Below, piece by piece: positions 59,333 to 64,000 of a DNA stretch of 64,000 nt; the first letter of the stretch is position 1, and each line of letters starts with the position of its first letter. The stretch is from an uncultured Verrucomicrobiae bacterium. GTDB lineage: Bacteria; Verrucomicrobiota; Verrucomicrobiia; Chthoniobacterales; JAFAMB01. The stretch lies in the NCBI GenBank assembly GCA_963837955.1, contig CAWIPH010000002.1, positions 2,048,001 to 2,112,000 on the forward strand, read 5' to 3'. The position numbers were made by a program, and so were the translations under genes. The notes below the pieces were generated by a model. The model was not told where the DNA came from. It did not search any database and saw nothing but the letters and a program-made list of their open reading frames with translations.

Positions 59333-61387
59333 ATGAAGCGAGAACCACAAATCACTCTTCCTATCAAAAAACCGGCCAAGGTAGATCAGCCTAAGCCGCG
59401 GTGGCGGTGGTCGATCACCTATTTCCTTTTAATGCTGATGATTCTCTGGGGTTGGCAAGACCTGTTTTATCAGATGTCGGTTCGTACGATTCCTTATAGC
59501 CAATTCAAAGAGTACCTTGCCCGGCATGAAGTTGCCGCCGTGATCGTTAAGCAAGACGAAATCGATGGTCGTATCGTACCATCCGCGGCAAGCGCGTCGA
59601 AAGATCAAACGCCGGCGCTCAATCCAACGGCTTCTCCTGACAACGAGAATCAAAAGTCCGGTACCAATCCGGCTGCCGCTCCGAACATCGAAGGGAAGCG
59701 ATCGCCCACGCAAACTCAGCCGTTCCTTTTCCGAACCGAGCGGGTCGAGGATCCCGACCTGGTAAAAGAGCTGCAGGCCGCTCATGTCGAATTCGCGGCG
59801 GCGCGACCGGGAATTATCTCGCAGCTATTGCTAGGGTGGGTTTTACCAATCGTTGTCATGGTTGGCCTGTGGACTTTCTTCATGCGACGACTTAATCCAA
59901 CAGGCGAATCCATCTTTTCTATTGGGAAGAGCCGGGCGAGGCTCATTGCTGAACCCGACACCGGTGTAACATTCGAAGACGTAGCCGGTTGCGAAGAAGC
60001 GAAGTTTGAGTTGAAAGAGGTTGTTGACTTCCTTAAGAGCCCAAAGCAGTACGAAGATCTTGGCGCTCACATTCCCAAGGGAGTGCTTTTAGTCGGCCCG
60101 CCTGGAACAGGCAAAACGCTTTTGGCTCGCGCTGTTGCGGGTGAGGCTAAGGTGCCGTTCTTTTCAATCAGCGGCAGCGATTTCGTCGAAATGTTTGTGG
60201 GAGTAGGTGCAGCCCGGGTGCGCGATCTGTTCAAACAGGCCAAAGAACACGCGCCCTGTATCATATTCATTGACGAGCTGGATGCCATTGGCCGGCAGCG
60301 AGGCGTGCACATGGGCACGGTTAATGACGAACGCGAACAAACTCTCAATGCCCTGTTGGTGGAGATGGACGGCTTTGAGCCCAATACCGGCGTTATCATC
60401 CTTGCCGCAACCAATCGTCCCGAGGTTCTCGACCGGGCTCTGCTGCGCCCCGGGCGATTTGATCGCCAAGTCATCGTAGACGCTCCTGATCTGAACGGCC
60501 GCGAGGCGATTCTGAAGGTACACTCCAAGAACAAGCACCTCGCCGCTGATGTTGATTTACGTAGGATCGCAGCCGCCACCGCGGGACTCTCCGGAGCTGA
60601 TTTAGCAAACCTACTGAACGAGGCTGCTTTATTTGCTGCCCGACGACACGCGACGGAAATTACTCAACGCGATCTGGAAGATGCAATCGAGAAAATTGTG
60701 GCTGGGCCTGAGCGCAAGAGCCGCCGCCTCGGTGAAGAAGAGAAACGCCGGGTCGCGTATCATGAAGTCGGTCATGCATTAGTAGCTGCTTACAGCCTTC
60801 ACGCGGATCCGGTACACAAAATCAGTATCGTACCGCGGGGGCGAGGAGCGCTTGGTTACACCATGCAGCTGCCATCTGAAGATCAATTCTTGATGACGCG
60901 CAGCGAGTTATTGGATCGTATTCGCGGTCTGCTCGGGGGGCGGGCCGCCGAGGACCTCGTTTTTGGGGAAGTCAGCACCGGAGCCCAAAACGATCTGGAA
61001 CGTGCCACCGCACTCGCTCGTCAGATGGTCGCGCTATACGGGATGAATGAGCGCCTCGGCTTGGCCAATTATGTCCAGCGCCAACCAACGTTTTTCAACG
61101 GTCAGGAGTTTCAACTACAACGCGACTGTAGCGAAGCGACAGCTCGGGAAATCGATGAGGAGGTCAAGAAATTGCTCGACCTGACCTACGAACAAGCCAG
61201 GGAAACCTTATCTACACATCGCGATCAACTCGAGCATGTGGCTGCCGAATTGCTGAAGTCTGAGTCCATCGACGGACCGACATTTTATAGATTGGTTGGC
61301 AGAGAGGTACCGGCTTTTGGAGAGTCCGGAAGTTTGGCTGCCGTCGCCTCTCAGCCCAAAGAAAGGATCGGGCCGGGCAAGGCCTAA
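59333..61387 (+). CDS. ftsH: ATP-dependent zinc metalloprotease FtsH
   Basis: Two TMs, [26 protein letters not shown]. Confidence 0.97.
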   Translation: MKREPQITLPIKKPAKVDQPKPRWRWSITYFLLMLMILWGWQDLFYQMSVRTIPYSQFKEYLARHEVAAVIVKQDEIDGRIVPSAASASKDQTPALNPTASPDNENQKSGTNPAAAPNIEGKRSPTQTQPFLFRTERVEDPDLVKELQAAHVEFAAARPGIISQLLLGWVLPIVVMVGLWTFFMRRLNPTGESIFSIGKSRARLIAEPDTGVTFEDVAGCEEAKFELKEVVDFLKSPKQYEDLGAHIPKGVLLVGPPGTGKTLLARAVAGEAKVPFFSISGSDFVEMFVGVGAARVRDLFKQAKEHAPCIIFIDELDAIGRQRGVHMGTVNDEREQTLNALLVEMDGFEPNTGVIILAATNRPEVLDRALLRPGRFDRQVIVDAPDLNGREAILKVHSKNKHLAADVDLRRIAAATAGLSGADLANLLNEAALFAARRHATEITQRDLEDAIEKIVAGPERKSRRLGEEEKRRVAYHEVGHALVAAYSLHADPVHKISIVPRGRGALGYTMQLPSEDQFLMTRSELLDRIRGLLGGRAAEDLVFGEVSTGAQNDLERATALARQMVALYGMNERLGLANYVQRQPTFFNGQEFQLQRDCSEATAREIDEEVKKLLDLTYEQARETLSTHRDQLEHVAAELLKSESIDGPTFYRLVGREVPAFGESGSLAAVASQPKERIGPGKA

Positions 61388-61453
61388 ATTTTACTGAGCG
61401 ACTTGTCCTCGAACCCCAGCACAAACACGATCGTTCGAAGGAAAGGATAAACC

Positions 61454-61786
61454 ATGTTCGGCAATTCGGCCAAATCAGCTAGCACTGCGCTGCAACCTTT
61501 CGAACCCGACGCGAGCAGCGTTTATCCAATCGAGACGGTAGCGACTCTCGTGCAAATGCCGCGTCGTCACATTGTTGTATATTTCAAACACGGACTAGTG
61601 TCGCCGGTCATAGATCCCGCATACGGCGGCTGGTGGTTTGATGATGAGGCGATTCGGGCGCTACGCCAAATTGAATACCTGCGTGCTAGCCGCGGCGTGA
61701 ATCTGTCCGGAATCAAGCTGATCCTGGAGCTGACCAAGGAAGTGGAATTGCTGCGCGAAGAGGTTCGCTCTTTTCACACACAATAG
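61454..61786 (+). CDS. CbpM-like chaperone modulator (MerR-type HTH)
   Basis: Y...GLVSP...W.FD..A...L..I..L....GVNL.GI.LIL.L..EV..LR. Confidence 0.75.
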   Translation: MFGNSAKSASTALQPFEPDASSVYPIETVATLVQMPRRHIVVYFKHGLVSPVIDPAYGGWWFDDEAIRALRQIEYLRASRGVNLSGIKLILELTKEVELLREEVRSFHTQ

Positions 61787-61841
61787 GAGGGCTCAGCTGT
61801 TGCCGGTTAGCGGTTGGCTATCTGCCATTGGCTATTGGCTA

Positions 61842-62279
61842 TTACCCAAGCGGTACCGTGTAGGTCGTTGCTGTCCCAGACAGGCAAACCACTCCATCTT
61901 GGTTCCGCACCGATGTAGCGAGCGTACAGATCGGCTTATCATCACGAACGCTGGTGATCTCGACGCGACCAGTAATCGAGTCGCCCACATAGACTGCCTT
62001 CACAAACTTCCATTCCACGCTGAGAAAGACCGTGCCTGGACCGGGGAGATCCTCTGCCACGATGGCGTTGAGGAGGCCGGAGGTAATACCCCCTTGCACG
62101 ATCAATCCACCAAACACCGATCGTCGCGCGGCTTCCGCATCGAAATGTAGCGGGTTCCGATCGCCGGTGATTTCGGCAAACAATTCGATGTCGCGTTCAG
62201 CTACGCGTTTTGTCCGCTCAGCCGAGGCACCCATCTCGGGCATGCCCCGGATCGTCCCATACCAACCGCTAGTTTTCAT
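61842..62279 (-). CDS. MaoC family dehydratase
   Basis: FAEITGDRNPLH, LPGPG, F.KAVYVGD. Confidence 0.92.
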   Translation of the reverse strand: MKTSGWYGTIRGMPEMGASAERTKRVAERDIELFAEITGDRNPLHFDAEAARRSVFGGLIVQGGITSGLLNAIVAEDLPGPGTVFLSVEWKFVKAVYVGDSITGRVEITSVRDDKPICTLATSVRNQDGVVCLSGTATTYTVPLG

Positions 62280-62449
62280 TTTGCGACGTTTTGTATTTCA
62301 GCTGCTGATCTCCGGTAGCGGCGACTGTCCAACAACGCCTTTGTGTGGTTGGCGCAAATCAATGAGACCAGGGCACAAGTTATGTACAGTTTTCGCGCTG
62401 CCGATCATGGAACTTTTCGCGCCGGCGGCAAGGCACTCGCCCGATGCCG

Positions 62450-63187
62450 TCACGCCCTCAAGCTTTCATGCCTTTCGTTGTCCGCCAGCGCTTCCAACAC
62501 CCGCTCCTTCCACATGCGAAACTCATGGTCTCCTCGGGATCGAGGACGGGGCAGATCGATCTGAAATAGGTGGCTGACACGTCCCGGTCGACCTTTTATC
62601 ACGATGATGTGATCGGCCAATAAAACGGCCTCATCGATGTCGTGGGTGACGAAGAAGAGGGTTAGCGATCGATTCGCCCACAGCTGCATGAGATGCTCTT
62701 GCAGACGGCTTCGAGTCGAAGCATCCAAAGCGCTGAATGGCTCATCAAGAAGGAGTAGCGAAGGCTTCCGGACCAACGCTCGGGCAATAGCGACTCGTTG
62801 GGCCATGCCTCCTGAGAGTTGGCGAGGATAGTAACGTGAGAACGCTCTGAGCCCTACTTGTTCCAATATTTCATCGGCCAGACGGCCGCTACCTTTTTTT
62901 CGGCTTGGTCCGAAACCGAACTTTACGTTTTGGTAAACATTGAGCCACGGCATCAGCCTCGGTTCCTGAAATACAATACCGAAAGGTATATTACTCCCGT
63001 TATCCCAGCAGATCTGGCCGGACGTTGGAGCTTCGAGCCCGGCCAGAACGCGAAGCAAGGTGCTTTTGCCCGAGCCGGTTGTGCCCACCATGACGGTAAC
63101 GCTGCCCGACTCAATCCGAAATTCCAGATCAGCAACTGCGGGTTGAAGACCGCCGTAATCCTTCGTGATTCCATTTACCCGGATCAT
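62450..63187 (-). CDS. ssuB: Aliphatic sulfonate/nitrate-type ABC transporter ATP-binding protein
   Basis: GTTGSGKST, FQEPRLMPW, LSGGMAQR, LLLDEPF, VTHD. Confidence 0.8.
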   Translation of the reverse strand: MIRVNGITKDYGGLQPAVADLEFRIESGSVTVMVGTTGSGKSTLLRVLAGLEAPTSGQICWDNGSNIPFGIVFQEPRLMPWLNVYQNVKFGFGPSRKKGSGRLADEILEQVGLRAFSRYYPRQLSGGMAQRVAIARALVRKPSLLLLDEPFSALDASTRSRLQEHLMQLWANRSLTLFFVTHDIDEAVLLADHIIVIKGRPGRVSHLFQIDLPRPRSRGDHEFRMWKERVLEALADNERHESLRA

Positions 63188-63999
63188 ACCTGGTAAGCAT
63201 CCTGCCAACGCAATGTCCGGTCTGAAACCCAGGCCAGACAGCCATCCGTAATCTTCCCGCAAAGCGCGAAGAGAAGGATACTAGCGATTAACGTACTCGG
63301 ACGTCCTGTGGTTTGACCGTCGATCAACAGGAATCCGAGACCATGCGTGGCTCCCATGAGCTCCGCTGCGACCACAAACATCCAGGCTAGGCCCAATCCT
63401 TGACGAAGGCCCACGAAAATCGCCGGCAAGCTGGCCGGTAGCAGAACGTGGGCTGCTAAGGACCAGCCTCGAAAATCGTTCGCCAATGCGACCTCAACCA
63501 ACTTCCGATCAACACTCCGGATGCCAGTTACCACCGCCAGATAAAGAGGGAAGAACGCCCCGAGAGCGATTAGCAAAATTTTGGACGTTTCAAATATTCC
63601 GAACCAAAGAATGAACAACGGAACCCAGGCGTATGACGGCACACTGCGGATAGCCTGAACGGTAGGGTTGAGTAGCCGGTAGACTATTGGAATAATTCCC
63701 GAAATGGCTCCGAGCATGAGGGCAACCACGCTGCCCAGAGCAAAGCCAGCGAACACCCGCACGAATGTTGCCCAGAGATGCACCCAGATCTGGCCGGTCG
63801 TCGCCAGCGCCCAAATCTCACTCAGAATTTCGCTGGGAGAAGAAGTGATCGTTCGATCTAGCAAACCGAAACGGCTGCCAATCTCCCAAAGGCCCAGAGC
63901 GGACAGGGGAACGATCAGGCCCAGCGGATTTAGCTTCCGACGACGTGCCATCTGCGGCATCGGCGCTTCGCCGATTTCCGATCGCAGCGGATCAATTGA
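63184..63999 (-). CDS. ssuC: Sulfonate-type ABC transporter permease (start may lie beyond the window)
   Basis: AWVPLFILWFGIFE..K, WMFVVAAEL; frame is open to the window edge. Confidence 0.8.
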   Translation of the reverse strand, partial: SIDPLRSEIGEAPMPQMARRRKLNPLGLIVPLSALGLWEIGSRFGLLDRTITSSPSEILSEIWALATTGQIWVHLWATFVRVFAGFALGSVVALMLGAISGIIPIVYRLLNPTVQAIRSVPSYAWVPLFILWFGIFETSKILLIALGAFFPLYLAVVTGIRSVDRKLVEVALANDFRGWSLAAHVLLPASLPAIFVGLRQGLGLAWMFVVAAELMGATHGLGFLLIDGQTTGRPSTLIASILLFALCGKITDGCLAWVSDRTLRWQDAYQV

Positions 64000-64000
64000 C

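Noticed and set aside
43300..61460. CIRCE (HrcA) or HAIR (HspR) operators in the stress cluster
   Set aside because: I found no TTAGCACTC-N9-GAGTGCTAA or CTTGAGT-N7-ACTCAAG match by eye.
1..64000. tRNA, rRNA or known riboswitch
   Set aside because: No recognisable cloverleaf, rRNA or riboswitch consensus seen by eye; an Infernal/tRNAscan run would be needed to exclude them fully.

Overview
Bacterial chromosomal window of moderate GC. It is probably from a Verrucomicrobiota (Chthoniobacterales-like) organism; this is inferred only from the PEP-CTERM genes, the bamD-lptE-rsmI synteny and the repeat families. Left to right it contains: (1) 1-7.7 kb: a TPR/TolB-like gene (5' partial), two ATP-grasp genes, a small unknown protein, a cytoplasmic S8 peptidase + GAF pair and an ECF sigma factor. 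(2) rsmI-lptE-bamD, opgD, an alcohol dehydrogenase, an OmpA/BON protein and a 4x HhH-repeat membrane protein. (3) An EamA transporter and a GT87/ArnT/ArnT/GT2 glycosylation cluster. (4) 27.7-37.7 kb: a tandemly duplicated cassette. It has signal-peptide-bearing Peptidase_S74 (intramolecular chaperone) fibre proteins with swapped central domains, PEP-CTERM proteins, passenger-less sorting-signal mini-proteins, orphan 3' gene tails, divergent HTH regulators and a shared 16-bp palindromic operator. This is the best candidate for an undescribed system. (5) TodS/TodT-like and NarX/NarL-like two-component genes. (6) A ~18 kb protein-quality-control/stress cluster (Hsp20, 2x BON, rhomboid, ClpP-class, HdeD, Prx, DsbA, GrpE, TrxC, M48, DegP, FtsH, CbpM). 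(7) ssuB/ssuC. Intergenic DNA is rich in nested REP/MITE-like palindromes and in inverted-repeat shells holding remnants of IS200-type, GxxExxY and four-helix-bundle genes. No tRNA, rRNA or CRISPR array was seen. All product calls come from motif recognition, not database searches.
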